Of a DNA stretch of 64,000 bases, positions 39,048 through 47,746 are shown in pieces. The DNA is taken from contig JBEEIL010000056.1 in NCBI GenBank assembly GCA_041169865.1, positions 1,141-65,140 of the forward strand. Direction: 5' to 3'. Origin of the DNA: Actinomycetota bacterium. GTDB taxonomy: Bacteria > Actinomycetota > Actinomycetes > Nanopelagicales > Nanopelagicaceae. The number at the start of each line of letters is the position of its first letter. Within the stretch, counting starts at the first letter, position 1. A program made the position numbers and the translations under genes. The notes beneath the pieces were generated by a model. The model ran no database searches. It saw nothing but the letters and a program-made list of their open reading frames with translations, and had not been told where the DNA came from.

Positions 39048-40277
39048 ATGTCTTTGAGTGGGCTTACCAATTATGAAAGAGGTATCCGCGCTCGGAACGC
39101 TGTCTGGGCTGGGTTCTTCTTGCTGGGAATAACTGGCATGGCGTGGATTCCTAGAATTCCTGAAATTAAAACTTCTTTGGGCTTAAGTGATGGCCAATTT
39201 GGACTGGTACTTCTGGCAAGCACGCTAGGCGCAGTACCAGGTGCGCAACTTTCCGGACGTATCGTGCATATGTACTCCTCAAAGATTGTTGTACAAATTT
39301 CAGGAGTCACCTTGCCGTTAGGCGTAGGGATCATGGGCATTTCAGACTCAGTTCTCGCGCTATGTATTGGACTATTCATCTGCGGCTTTAGCGTTGCATT
39401 TATGGATGTGGCGCTCAATGGTCAAGCAGTTGCAATTGAAGAGCACACAAAAGGCCGCTGGATGTCGAGCTTTCATGGACTTTGGAGCGTTGGCGCTTTT
39501 TCAGCGGCTCTCTTAGGCGGTTTAGTTGCAAATCTAGTTTCGCCCAAAGTTAATCTGCTGGCGATTTCTAGCATCGCATTTCTTTCTTACTTTTGGGTCA
39601 CATACAACTTACTTCCGCCTCATCTTGATGGACACCTGGGTGATGAAGGTGAAGAGCTTGAGTCAAAAGTGCCGCTGATCGGCAAAGAAGCAATGATTTT
39701 ATGGGGCCTTGGTTTTGGTTTGATGTGCGCGCTCATTCCGGAAGGTGGTTCATTCGACTGGAGTGGAATTCTTTTACAAGATCATATGGATATTGGTAAA
39801 GGCCTAAATGCAGCAGCTGCGACAGTATTTTCACTAGCCATGATTGCTAGCAGATTGTTAGGCGATAGATTCTTCGAGATGTGGGGCCATGTAAAGACTG
39901 TGCAATACGGTGGAATTTTTGGTGGAGGAATCTGGGGACTTTCTCTCATCATCGGAATCCCACTTGCCGATTCTCATCAGATGGCGAGCTTGGTCATAGT
40001 GTGTATCGGTTTTGGTGCAGCAGGTTTTGGGATGGGCCCATTCTTTCCTGCTTTTAACTTAGCGGCAGCATCCATTCCTGGAGTTGCGCCATCGGTGGGG
40101 CTGGCCCGAATTGGAATTATCGCTATCGGCTCTTACTTTGCAGGCCCAACCATTATTGGTGGAATCGCTGAACTGACATCACTGCCAATCGCTTTTGCAT
40201 TCCCGGTATTGCTGATGTTTGGTGCGGCATACCAATCACGTTTTATTAAGGTAAAGAAGCTCAGCCACGAAAATTAG
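39048..40277 (+). CDS. MFS transporter
   Basis: About 12 TM segments; WIPRIPEIK, DVALN, MSSFHGLWSVG and RLLGDR. Confidence 0.85.
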   Translation: MSLSGLTNYERGIRARNAVWAGFFLLGITGMAWIPRIPEIKTSLGLSDGQFGLVLLASTLGAVPGAQLSGRIVHMYSSKIVVQISGVTLPLGVGIMGISDSVLALCIGLFICGFSVAFMDVALNGQAVAIEEHTKGRWMSSFHGLWSVGAFSAALLGGLVANLVSPKVNLLAISSIAFLSYFWVTYNLLPPHLDGHLGDEGEELESKVPLIGKEAMILWGLGFGLMCALIPEGGSFDWSGILLQDHMDIGKGLNAAAATVFSLAMIASRLLGDRFFEMWGHVKTVQYGGIFGGGIWGLSLIIGIPLADSHQMASLVIVCIGFGAAGFGMGPFFPAFNLAAASIPGVAPSVGLARIGIIAIGSYFAGPTIIGGIAELTSLPIAFAFPVLLMFGAAYQSRFIKVKKLSHEN

Positions 40278-40287
40278 AGTTAGGTTT

Positions 40288-41028
40288 TTACACCCAAGTC
40301 TGGGCAATCGTGAATATTGAGATGGCAAGCAAGAGATAAGCAAAGGCTTTGCGGAGCTTATCTTGCGGAGTTTTTGATGAATAGTGAGATGCAAATTGCG
40401 CAATTACTACAGCCGAGGCACCGATAAAAATTGGTATATGCCATTCAACGCTATCCCAAAGCGCGTGATGTCCTAGAAATGAAATGAATGAATTAAGCGC
40501 AATGATTAAGAGCGAAGTTCCAGCAGCGATTGCCGGGGGAGTTCCAAAGAAAAGTACGAGAACTGGGATTGCTAAGAAACCCCCACCGATACCAAAGAGC
40601 CCAGTGATGGAGCCGATTACCAGCGAAATCACAATCAGTACAGAGATAGGCATTCGCGTATGTTCGCTAAATTTCGGACTACGCAGCATTGATAGTCCGG
40701 CGAGGATCAGAACTGCGGCAAAGCCAGTCGAGATAAAGGAATCAGGCAAATCATCAGCGATTGTTGCAAAACCAATATTAGTTATTAGTCCCAGACCCAC
40801 TATTACTAAGGCATCACGATAAAGAATCTGACCTTTGCGAGCTTTGGGAATGGCACCAGATGCCGCGGCGAGAAAGACGATGGCGAGGGCGGCAGTAGTT
40901 GCGCTCTTTGCGCCAAATCCAAATCCATACATCAGAATCGGCACAGAGAGCATTGCTCCACCTGCACCGACAAAACCAAGAACTGCGCCGATAGCGCTAC
41001 CTGCAATAAGTGCGCCGAGTATTTCCAT
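40288..41028 (-). CDS. Sulfite exporter TauE/SafE family protein
   Basis: Duplicated G..G.GG...VP motifs; AAGTSL. Confidence 0.85.
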   Translation of the reverse strand: MEILGALIAGSAIGAVLGFVGAGGAMLSVPILMYGFGFGAKSATTAALAIVFLAAASGAIPKARKGQILYRDALVIVGLGLITNIGFATIADDLPDSFISTGFAAVLILAGLSMLRSPKFSEHTRMPISVLIVISLVIGSITGLFGIGGGFLAIPVLVLFFGTPPAIAAGTSLLIIALNSFISFLGHHALWDSVEWHIPIFIGASAVVIAQFASHYSSKTPQDKLRKAFAYLLLAISIFTIAQTWV

Positions 41029-41050
41029 TACAGAATTGTGACAGTAGAAA

Positions 41051-41105
41051 TAGGAAAGCCCCCCGATATCTCTACGTTTTGTAGAGAATCAAGAGGCTTT
41101 ACCTA
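41051..41105 (-). terminator. Probable intrinsic terminator after doxX
   Basis: Nested stems TAGG-AAAGCC...TCTCTAC/GTAGAGA...GGCTTT-A-CCTA, followed on the minus strand by TTTCT. Confidence 0.5.
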
Positions 41106-41125
41106 CTATTTACTAAAAAGTTGCG

Positions 41126-41548
41126 TTAGATGTTAAAGAAGTTGAGCGTTCCAACGCTTGGTCCGAAGTCAGTAAGTGTTCCGGTTGCAATAAGTGCAAA
41201 GAGGATTAGCGAAGCTCCAGCAAGAGCGAGATCCTTATTGAAGGCAATCTGCTCATTCATCTTGGCAGTTGCATCTGTCTCTTTCCAGAAGTTGTGGAAG
41301 ATAAATGCGGCAAGGATCAGAGTTACTGCAAGGAAGAGCGCTCCGAGATCAACCCAGAAACCAGCGATGATGTAGACGCCGCCAAGAAGGAAGAGGAGCC
41401 CTGAGATGAGTACGCCGAACTTTGCGGCTGGGAGCTTCTTGTACTTGGCATAGCCAGTCATTGCTTCAAGCTTGGCAAAGTGAGCGATACCTGATGTGAC
41501 GAAGAGCGCTCCGAAGAGGATGCGTCCGATGATAAGAATTGCGTCCAA
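41126..41548 (-). CDS. DoxX family membrane protein
   Basis: GRILFG..F..SG..HF; HNFWK; FNKDLALAG. Confidence 0.82.
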   Translation of the reverse strand: MDAILIIGRILFGALFVTSGIAHFAKLEAMTGYAKYKKLPAAKFGVLISGLLFLLGGVYIIAGFWVDLGALFLAVTLILAAFIFHNFWKETDATAKMNEQIAFNKDLALAGASLILFALIATGTLTDFGPSVGTLNFFNI

Positions 41549-41600
41549 GTGTTTCTCCTATGGGTAGGGGTTTTCGTACGTGGGCGAGAATAGGAGAAAG

Positions 41601-41618
41601 TAGTTGAAATTTCAACTA
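41601..41618. promoter_or_regulatory. Perfect 18-bp palindromic operator (MarR/RosR-like) upstream of doxX
   Basis: TAGTTGAAATTTCAACTA is a perfect inverted repeat about 55 bp upstream of doxX. Confidence 0.6.
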
Positions 41619-41670
41619 TCTACGCTCGCAACACGCGGGAGTTGCCCTTGTCAGCCCTCTGGCGTACTTT

Positions 41671-41686
41671 TCGAACATCTGTTCGA
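41671..41686. promoter_or_regulatory. Actinobacterial LexA SOS box
   Basis: TCGAAC-ATCT-GTTCGA is an exact match to the TCGAAC-N4-GTTCGA consensus, 32 bp upstream of the DUF6504-dnaE2-dinB operon. Confidence 0.9.
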
Positions 41687-41718
41687 ATATCCACACCTGC
41701 TCAGGGGAAGAGTAAAAA

Positions 41719-42027
41719 ATGTCAGTCGAAAGAGCGTCAGTAAAGCCAGCAACACCTCACGTCATACCAGCCCACGATGTTCTTGCCGATGGAGGTCTTA
41801 CCCCCATCGAATTCACCTTTCGCGGTAAACGTTTTCGTATCCATACAGTGCTTTCGCGATGGTGCGAGGCAGGTGGATGGTGGAATCGCATCAGCGATGG
41901 CAAGTTCCGCCCTGACGATCAAGCTCGTGCGCTCTGGAAAGTTGAGGCGGCCCCTATCGGTGCCCTGACAACATTTGAACTCGAACGCGATGAAGCAACA
42001 GGGCAGTGGATTATCAGGTCGTTGTAA
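41719..42027 (+). CDS. DUF6504-like small protein (resembles the ImuB C-terminal domain)
   Basis: P..F.FRG.R.RI..VLSRW.E.GGWW...WKVEA...FELERD...W pattern; 3 bp upstream of dnaE2. Confidence 0.7.
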   Translation: MSVERASVKPATPHVIPAHDVLADGGLTPIEFTFRGKRFRIHTVLSRWCEAGGWWNRISDGKFRPDDQARALWKVEAAPIGALTTFELERDEATGQWIIRSL

Positions 42028-42030
42028 AAG

Positions 42031-45000
42031 ATGAGCTTTATCCATCTGCGAGTAGCAAGCGCCTACTCATTTAAATACGGAACCACACAACCACGCGATC
42101 TTGTAGCGCGCGCTGCAGAATGTGAGATGCCTGCGCTCGCACTTACTGATCGCGATGGTTTAGCTGGTGCAATCCGTTTTACTAAAGCAGCGGTAGCTCA
42201 CGGTATCGCACCCATCATCGGCGTTAACCTAGCAATTCGTATTGGCGATACATCAGGTACTTTGCCACGCGTTACAGTCTTAGCACATAGCGATGGCGGT
42301 TGGCGCTCGCTGGTGCGATTAATGACTGGGCTGCAGATGAATAGCCCAGATCGCACACCTATCCTTACTCCAGAACTTCTTGAAAAGTTCAGCAGTTACA
42401 CCACGCACTTGCATCTACTTCATGGACCCGAATCACCAATCTCGCAAGCGCTGACATCGCATCGCTTTGATGCTGCTCTAGAAATCTTTAATCAGACGCG
42501 AGATTTCTTTGCAGACCATGCCATCGAATGCGTTTCGCACTTAGCTCCTGGCAATGGACCGCGTTCTACCGCCCATGCTGCGCGCTCTCTTATCTTTGCG
42601 CGTGATAACGATATTGATGCTGTTCTCACCAATGCAGTACGTATGTGTTATCGGGATGATGGACCAGTAGCTGATGTTCTTGATTGTGCACGTCAATTAG
42701 TGCCGCTACATCCACGCCATGTCGAACGTCGCAACGCTGAAGCCTATTTAAAGAGTAGCGATGAGATGATCTCTTTAGCTGGTGAAATTGCACGTGCAGC
42801 TGGCGAACGCACACCACGCGCGCTTCTTGCGACAACGCGACAATGGGCCGAACGTGCAGTCTTATCTCCACAACGTGATATTGGTTTAGGAGGAATTCAC
42901 TTACCTGAACCACATGTGGTGGGCGCTGATTCACCTGCTGGCATGCGCACTTTGCTACGGGCTCGCTCTGAGGCAGGTATTAATTGGCGCTACAACGACA
43001 GCGCCACAATCACACAAGCGCGTGCCCGACTCGATGACGAACTCGCCATTGTTGCAACCCTTGGCTACGAATCATATTTTTTAACAGTTGCAGATATCAC
43101 TGATATGGCGCGCGCTGCGAATATTCGCGTTGCTGCACGTGGTAGTGGTGCTGGATCTTTAATCTGCCATCTTCTCGGAATCTCTGGCGTTGATCCAATG
43201 CAGCATGGCCTTCTCATGGAACGTTTCTGCTCGCCGCTACGACGAGCACTTCCTGATATTGATATCGATGTTGAATCTGCCAGGCGCCTTGAAATCTACG
43301 AGATGGTCTTTAAGAGATATGGTGCCCGTGATTGGAGCCAAGCTGGTTTGATATCGCGCTGCGCCACTGTTGCGATGGTTGATACCTACAGAGCGCGCCA
43401 TGCCATCCGTGATGCTGGCGCTGCACTAGGTATGCCAGCGCTAGAGATTGATCTCCTTGCTAAATCAATGCCTCACATTCGTGCTGGCAATATTGAAGCG
43501 GCGCTGAACTCACTTCCTGAACTCAAGAATCTCAACACCTCTGCTCCCTTAACCCGAGCCACAATTGCACTTGCTGCTCGCCTGGATGGTCTACCTCGCC
43601 ATTTAGCGATGCATCCCTGCGCGATGGTCTTATCCGATGCAGCATTTCTAGATCGCGCACCTGTCCAATTCAACGCCGGAGGATTTCCGATGGTTGAATT
43701 TGATAAAGATGACGTTGAAGATATTGGTTTACTGAAACTCGATATCTTAGGTGTGCGCATGCAATCGACTATCGCCCATGCTGTTCAAGAAATTAAACGC
43801 GTTGAGGGCGAGGAAGTTGATATTGATGCGCTTCCGCTTGATGATGCTGACACCTATGCTCTTATCCAATCAACAAAAACTTTAGGTATCTTTCAAGTAG
43901 AAAGCCCTGGGCAGCGCGAGCTTGTAGGCAAGTTAGAGCCACGTACTTTTAACGACCTCATCATCGATATCTCGCTCTTTCGGCCAGGGCCCGTAAAGAG
44001 CGACATGATTCGCCCCTTTCTTAATGCGCGCCACGGTTGGAATCTGGCACAAATCATTCATCCTGATTTAGCGCCGATCTTGTCTGAAACCGAAGGCGTT
44101 GTGGTCTTTCACGAGCAAGTAATTTCGATTATTTCGGTGATGACAGGTATCTCACTTGCTGCAGCTGATGAGAAACGCAGAGCTCTCGGAGATAAAGCAG
44201 GTCAGCAAGAAGTCTGTGATTGGTTCTTTCCTGCTGCTACCGAACGCGGCTATGAGTTAAAAGTTATTACTGAAATCTGGGATGTACTACGCGCCTTTGC
44301 ATCCTTTGGATTCTGCAAGGCGCATGCTGCTGCCTTTGCGCTACCTACCTATCAATCAGCGTGGCTGAAAACTCATCACCCAGCAGCCTTTATGGCAGGA
44401 GTTCTCACACATGATCCAGGCATGTATCCAAAGCGACTCATGCTCGATGAGGTTCGCCAAATGGGGGTTGCGATAGCGCCTCTCGATATCAATAAATCCA
44501 CAGCGGAATATCGGGTTGAACGCACACTTGATGGTGATGCTCTTCGACTAGCGCTTTCCTGTGTCGCTGGCATCTCTGAAAAAGAGATTGCATCTATTGT
44601 TCACGGCCAGCCTTATATAGACCTCGCTGATTTTTATCGCAGATCAGGAGCGTCAGTGCCGGTAACTGAGAACCTGATTATGACTGGCGCCTTTGATTCA
44701 ATCCATGCACACCAACGCGATCTCTTGCTTCATTTGGCAGATTTACAGAAATCACCCGTAGCGCATCTTCCTGGATCGCAACTTAGCCTTGGGTTTGCAC
44801 CCCCTGTATTAGAAAGTAGCGGTCTGCAACCACTCAACGTGGCCGAAAAGGTATCGAGCGAAATTACTCGTTTAGGAATGGATGTCACGCAACATATGCT
44901 CACTTTTTATGCGCCATTTCTCAACGCTATTGGAGCCGTGAAATCTTCTGATTTACTTTCATTACGATCTAATTCGACGGTACTTGTAGCTGGAGTCAAA

Positions 45001-45303
45001 GTTGCGCTACAGACCCCGCCAGTGCGTTCTGGGCGTCGCGTTATCTTCTTAACGCTCGATGATGGCTATGGATGTAGCGATTCAACGTTCTTTCCTGATG
45101 CGCAAGTTGATCACGCATCAACTCTCTATTCGACATCGCTACTTTTAGTACGTGGGCAGACCAGACGCACTGGCGCCCGCGGTATCTCTATCCGCGCAAC
45201 CGCAGTATGGGATCTGCGCCTTGCCTACGAAAAATGGCGCAGCGTCCAAGAACAAGGAGTCCAAGGAGTCCAAGGAGACGAAAGAGGTAGTGTGGCGATA
45301 TGA
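42031..45303 (+). CDS. dnaE2: Error-prone DNA polymerase III alpha, DnaE2
   Basis: Degenerate PHP (HLRVASAYS, ALTDRD), RGSGAGS, PDIDIDV, KLDILG and FGFCKAHA; OB fold; SOS box upstream. Confidence 0.92.
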   Translation: MSFIHLRVASAYSFKYGTTQPRDLVARAAECEMPALALTDRDGLAGAIRFTKAAVAHGIAPIIGVNLAIRIGDTSGTLPRVTVLAHSDGGWRSLVRLMTGLQMNSPDRTPILTPELLEKFSSYTTHLHLLHGPESPISQALTSHRFDAALEIFNQTRDFFADHAIECVSHLAPGNGPRSTAHAARSLIFARDNDIDAVLTNAVRMCYRDDGPVADVLDCARQLVPLHPRHVERRNAEAYLKSSDEMISLAGEIARAAGERTPRALLATTRQWAERAVLSPQRDIGLGGIHLPEPHVVGADSPAGMRTLLRARSEAGINWRYNDSATITQARARLDDELAIVATLGYESYFLTVADITDMARAANIRVAARGSGAGSLICHLLGISGVDPMQHGLLMERFCSPLRRALPDIDIDVESARRLEIYEMVFKRYGARDWSQAGLISRCATVAMVDTYRARHAIRDAGAALGMPALEIDLLAKSMPHIRAGNIEAALNSLPELKNLNTSAPLTRATIALAARLDGLPRHLAMHPCAMVLSDAAFLDRAPVQFNAGGFPMVEFDKDDVEDIGLLKLDILGVRMQSTIAHAVQEIKRVEGEEVDIDALPLDDADTYALIQSTKTLGIFQVESPGQRELVGKLEPRTFNDLIIDISLFRPGPVKSDMIRPFLNARHGWNLAQIIHPDLAPILSETEGVVVFHEQVISIISVMTGISLAAADEKRRALGDKAGQQEVCDWFFPAATERGYELKVITEIWDVLRAFASFGFCKAHAAAFALPTYQSAWLKTHHPAAFMAGVLTHDPGMYPKRLMLDEVRQMGVAIAPLDINKSTAEYRVERTLDGDALRLALSCVAGISEKEIASIVHGQPYIDLADFYRRSGASVPVTENLIMTGAFDSIHAHQRDLLLHLADLQKSPVAHLPGSQLSLGFAPPVLESSGLQPLNVAEKVSSEITRLGMDVTQHMLTFYAPFLNAIGAVKSSDLLSLRSNSTVLVAGVKVALQTPPVRSGRRVIFLTLDDGYGCSDSTFFPDAQVDHASTLYSTSLLLVRGQTRRTGARGISIRATAVWDLRLAYEKWRSVQEQGVQGVQGDERGSVAI
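45253..45279 (+). repeat. 3 x 9-bp tandem repeat (CAAGGAGTC x2, CAAGGAGAC)
   Basis: Seen directly; encodes QGVQGVQGD at the DnaE2 C-terminus. Confidence 0.8.
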
Positions 45304-46472
45304 CGGTCATCCTCCATGTAGATATGGATGCCTTCTACGCATCAGTTGCCGAGCTCGATCATCCAGAATACAAAGGTAAAGCTCTCGTTGTTGGCGCCGG
45401 AACACGTGGAGTAGTGCTCTCTGCAAATTACGAAGCGCGTAAATTTGGAATACGTGCAGCGATGCCAGTTGGTCGCGCAAAGAGAATAGCGCCACATGCC
45501 ATCTTTATCGCACCCGAACATCATCGTTACTCTGAAATTTCAGAGCGAGTTATGGCGATATTTCAATCGTATACGCCACTTGTAGAACCCATTTCGTTGG
45601 ATGAAGCCTTCCTGGATGTCACCGGATCACAGAAACTATTTGGATCAGGTCGCGAAATTGCCACAAAAATTCGTGCTCAAGTTGAAAAAGAAGAAGGCAT
45701 TACCTGTTCTGTAGGAATTGCACAATCTAAGTTCATTGCAAAATTAGCATCTCAACATTGCAAACCAAATGGCATGTTGGAAATCAAGCCGGATCGCATC
45801 TTGGAATTTCTCCATCCACTGCCAGTGCGCGCCATCTGGGGAGTAGGTCCCAAAACGGCAGAATCTCTGGAGCGACTTGGGCTGCACACCGTTGCAGATA
45901 TTGCGCATACTCCACGTGCCACATTGGTTCGCGCTCTTGGTGATGCGACAGGTGAATCGCTCTACGAATTGGCATGGGGGCGCGACTATCGCAATGTGAT
46001 TCCAGATGAACCCGAAAAGAGCATTGGGAACGAAGAAACCTTTAGCGAAGATCTCGATAATCCAGAAGAAATCCTGCGCGAGTTTTTACGTATGACCGAA
46101 AAAGCTACAGCGCGACTGCGAGAACGCTCTCTCTTTGCTAAGACAATTAGTATCAAAATAAAATTTGCCGATTTCTCGTCTCTTACGAGAGCCAAGACAG
46201 TTCCGATTGCAATTGATAACACCCACGACACATATGAAATTGTGAAGTCGCTCTACCTTGCGCTTAAAAATGAGGGCGCACGAATTCGACTCGTTGGCGT
46301 TTCGCTCTCGAACTTACAAGAGGGCGCACCCGTTCAACTTGAACTCGGAGCACGTGAACGCGGCTGGCGAGAAGCCGATAGCGCGATAGACCGCGCAAAA
46401 GCGCGCTTTGGCAGGGGGAGCGTTCGTCCAGGCAGGCTTATTCGCGCCGAGAACGAGGATGAAGATGAATAA
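45300..46472 (+). CDS. dinB: DNA polymerase IV (DinB)
   Basis: HVDMDAFYASV, SANYEAR, SLDEAFLD, KPNG and WGVG; C-terminal QLEL. Confidence 0.95.
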   Translation: MTVILHVDMDAFYASVAELDHPEYKGKALVVGAGTRGVVLSANYEARKFGIRAAMPVGRAKRIAPHAIFIAPEHHRYSEISERVMAIFQSYTPLVEPISLDEAFLDVTGSQKLFGSGREIATKIRAQVEKEEGITCSVGIAQSKFIAKLASQHCKPNGMLEIKPDRILEFLHPLPVRAIWGVGPKTAESLERLGLHTVADIAHTPRATLVRALGDATGESLYELAWGRDYRNVIPDEPEKSIGNEETFSEDLDNPEEILREFLRMTEKATARLRERSLFAKTISIKIKFADFSSLTRAKTVPIAIDNTHDTYEIVKSLYLALKNEGARIRLVGVSLSNLQEGAPVQLELGARERGWREADSAIDRAKARFGRGSVRPGRLIRAENEDEDE

Positions 46473-46540
46473 CGTCCACCGATGTGCCTCTAAAAACCCA
46501 TAAAGTGGCGCGCCAAGAAGTTCTGTTCTATTGTGTGAAT

Positions 46541-46894
46541 ATGCCACTTTCCGACCGTGAACGTCGCCTCTTAGCTGAGATGGAAGCCGCCTTAGCTACC
46601 GATGATCCACGCCTGGAATCACGACTAGCTGGCAATACGCTCACCCCGACAAAGCCACGCCTACCTCTTGGAATTGTCTCGATCCTTGCCGGAATCGCCA
46701 TTCTCTTTACCGGCCTAGTCACCAAGACAACTCCACTTGGCGTTGCCGGCTTCCTTGTTGCCCTTGTAGGAGTCATCATCGTGGCTCGCTCTATCTCCTC
46801 CTTGGCTCAGCGCGCTCCACGCCAAAAGAGCGCTCGCACATCTCTCTCGGCCCGCTTGGAAGAGCGTTGGAATCGCCGCGACTTTGAACAGTAA
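46541..46894 (+). CDS. DUF3040 membrane protein
   Basis: MPLSDRERRLLAEMEAALATDDP, two TM segments and LEERW; typical position upstream of mraZ. Confidence 0.85.
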   Translation: MPLSDRERRLLAEMEAALATDDPRLESRLAGNTLTPTKPRLPLGIVSILAGIAILFTGLVTKTTPLGVAGFLVALVGVIIVARSISSLAQRAPRQKSARTSLSARLEERWNRRDFEQ

Positions 46895-46917
46895 TCAGTA
46901 GCCCTTAGGCCTTTGTG

Positions 46918-46947
46918 AGCCCTGACCGATCTGGTCGGGGCTTTTTT
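46918..46947 (+). terminator. Rho-independent terminator
   Basis: AGCCCTGACC-GATCT-GGTCGGGGCT followed by a T-tract. Confidence 0.85.
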
Positions 46948-46964
46948 CATTCCCGCCTACATCT

Positions 46965-47056
46965 GTGGGCAGAGGTGGGGCTACAAAGGGAGGGCTAGGG
47001 AAAAATATGGGGCAGGGTGGTGTAAAAAGGAGGAAAGTGGTGTAAAGTGGGGAATT
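46965..47056 (+). promoter_or_regulatory. MraZ-binding direct repeats (GTGG at 10-bp period) in the dcw promoter
   Basis: GTGGGCAGAG-GTGGGGCTAC at 46965; GTGGTGTAAA-AAGGAGGAAA-GTGGTGTAAA-GTGGGGAATT at 47017-47056. Confidence 0.75.
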
Positions 47057-47103
47057 GAGCGGGAAATTCACGCTCACGACCTTGGGGAAGGCGGTGGATT
47101 GAG

Positions 47104-47535
47104 ATGTTTCTCGGTACTCATGAACCGCGCCTTGATGAGAAAGGTCGCCTAATCCTTCCCGCGAAATTCCGCGATGAACTCTCAGCTGGCCTAGTGATCA
47201 CCAAAGGCCAAGAGCGTTGCCTCTATGTATTCCCTTCCTCTGAATTTGCAACGATCACCGAAACGTTGCGACAAGCGCCAGTTACAGCAAAGAGCGCTCG
47301 CGATTACCAGCGCGTGATGTTCGCTGGAGCGCACGATGAAATTCCTGACCGTCAAGGTCGCGTCACGATTCCACAAGGGCTGCGCACTTATGCGGGCCTT
47401 GAAAAAGAGTGCGTAGTTATTGGCGCAAATACTCGCGTGGAAATTTGGGATAGCGCGGCATGGAGGGAGTACCTCGCTGACCGTGAAAAGAGTTTTGCTG
47501 ATGTCTCTGAGGAGGTTTTTCCGGGACTTTTTTAG
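47104..47535 (+). CDS. mraZ: Division/cell wall cluster repressor MraZ
   Basis: [23 protein letters not shown]; DRQGRVTIP; VEIWD. Confidence 0.97.
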   Translation: MFLGTHEPRLDEKGRLILPAKFRDELSAGLVITKGQERCLYVFPSSEFATITETLRQAPVTAKSARDYQRVMFAGAHDEIPDRQGRVTIPQGLRTYAGLEKECVVIGANTRVEIWDSAAWREYLADREKSFADVSEEVFPGLF

Positions 47536-47583
47536 AACATCAGCAAAAAATTTTTACAGATACAACTAAATAAAAATTACATA

Positions 47584-47704
47584 GAGCGCTCATTTGTGGC
47601 CACCGCCGACCTTTCCTTACTTGTTAGGCCGGCAACGACGTCCCTTCCCCGGCGTCGTTTTCGAAAAAGATCCGTCGGCCGGCGGTGACCAGAGATGAGC
47701 GCTC
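47584..47704 (+). ncRNA. mraW RNA motif (actinobacterial structured RNA)
   Basis: Long hairpin GAGCGCTCAT...ATGAGCGCTC with inner CACCGCCG/CGGCGGTG and AACGACG/CGTCGTT stems; apical CCUUCCCC; lies between mraZ and rsmH. Confidence 0.8.
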
Positions 47705-47746
47705 AGTCAATCGAATCTAGAAAAGAAATGCAGTAAAGAGTTAGAA

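Noticed and set aside
41604-41828. 74-aa ORF as a possible ImuA-like gene
   Set aside because: It spans the operator palindrome and SOS box, overlaps DUF6504 out of frame and has no RecA-like features
46965-47056. G-rich repeats as a CRISPR array or G-quadruplex
   Set aside because: No repeat-spacer structure; the 10-bp GTGG periodicity upstream of mraZ is explained by MraZ boxes
47540-47582. AT-rich tract containing ACAACTAAATA after mraZ
   Set aside because: Single occurrence in the window; no function can be assigned from the sequence alone
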